Below are positions 63,982 to 64,000 of a stretch of DNA of 64,000 bases, piece after piece. This DNA comes from Marsupella aquatica. Lineage: Eukaryota > Plantae > Marchantiophyta. The translations under genes and the position numbers were made by a program. A model generated the notes under the pieces. It made no database searches and was not told the DNA's origin. It saw only the letters and a list, made by a program, of their open reading frames with translations. Positions within the stretch are counted from its first letter, which is position 1. Each line of letters begins with the position of its first letter. The stretch is from the NCBI GenBank assembly GCA_973895155.1, contig OZ316891.1:29742331-29806330 (forward strand), read 5' to 3'.

Positions 63982-64000
63982 AAAAGATTCCACAAATTTG

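Overview
Eukaryotic, intron-rich land-plant DNA; gene content suggests a bryophyte (inference). Host genes: a 5'-truncated NB-ARC-like/ARM/TPR gene (1-3706), RPS17 (minus), a subgroup-IVb bHLH, eIF4A (minus), a processed PGAP3/Per1 pseudogene and a DUF247 gene, plus a MITE, satellites and dispersed repeats. The main feature is a ~21 kb decaying DNA transposon (~29.5-50.8 kb) bounded by degenerate inverted repeats. It carries a Sola-like DDD transposase on the minus strand and a divergent cargo arm. The arm encodes a Zn-finger ORF, three F-box-like genes, a ~2,000-aa spliced gene (ParB/Srx-like domain, degenerate beta-class amino-methyltransferase fold, acidic and E/K coiled-coil spacers, Ulp1 protease, FCP1-like HAD domain) and two more FCP1-like exons. 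About 20 copies of an 18-bp CG-rich palindrome, sACGCG-N6-CGCGTs, lie in the introns and spacers of this arm; I saw none in the host flanks. My hypothesis is a ParB/parS-like, VANC-analogous self-targeting (anti-silencing) system. All domain calls are by-eye motif recognition; no searches were run.
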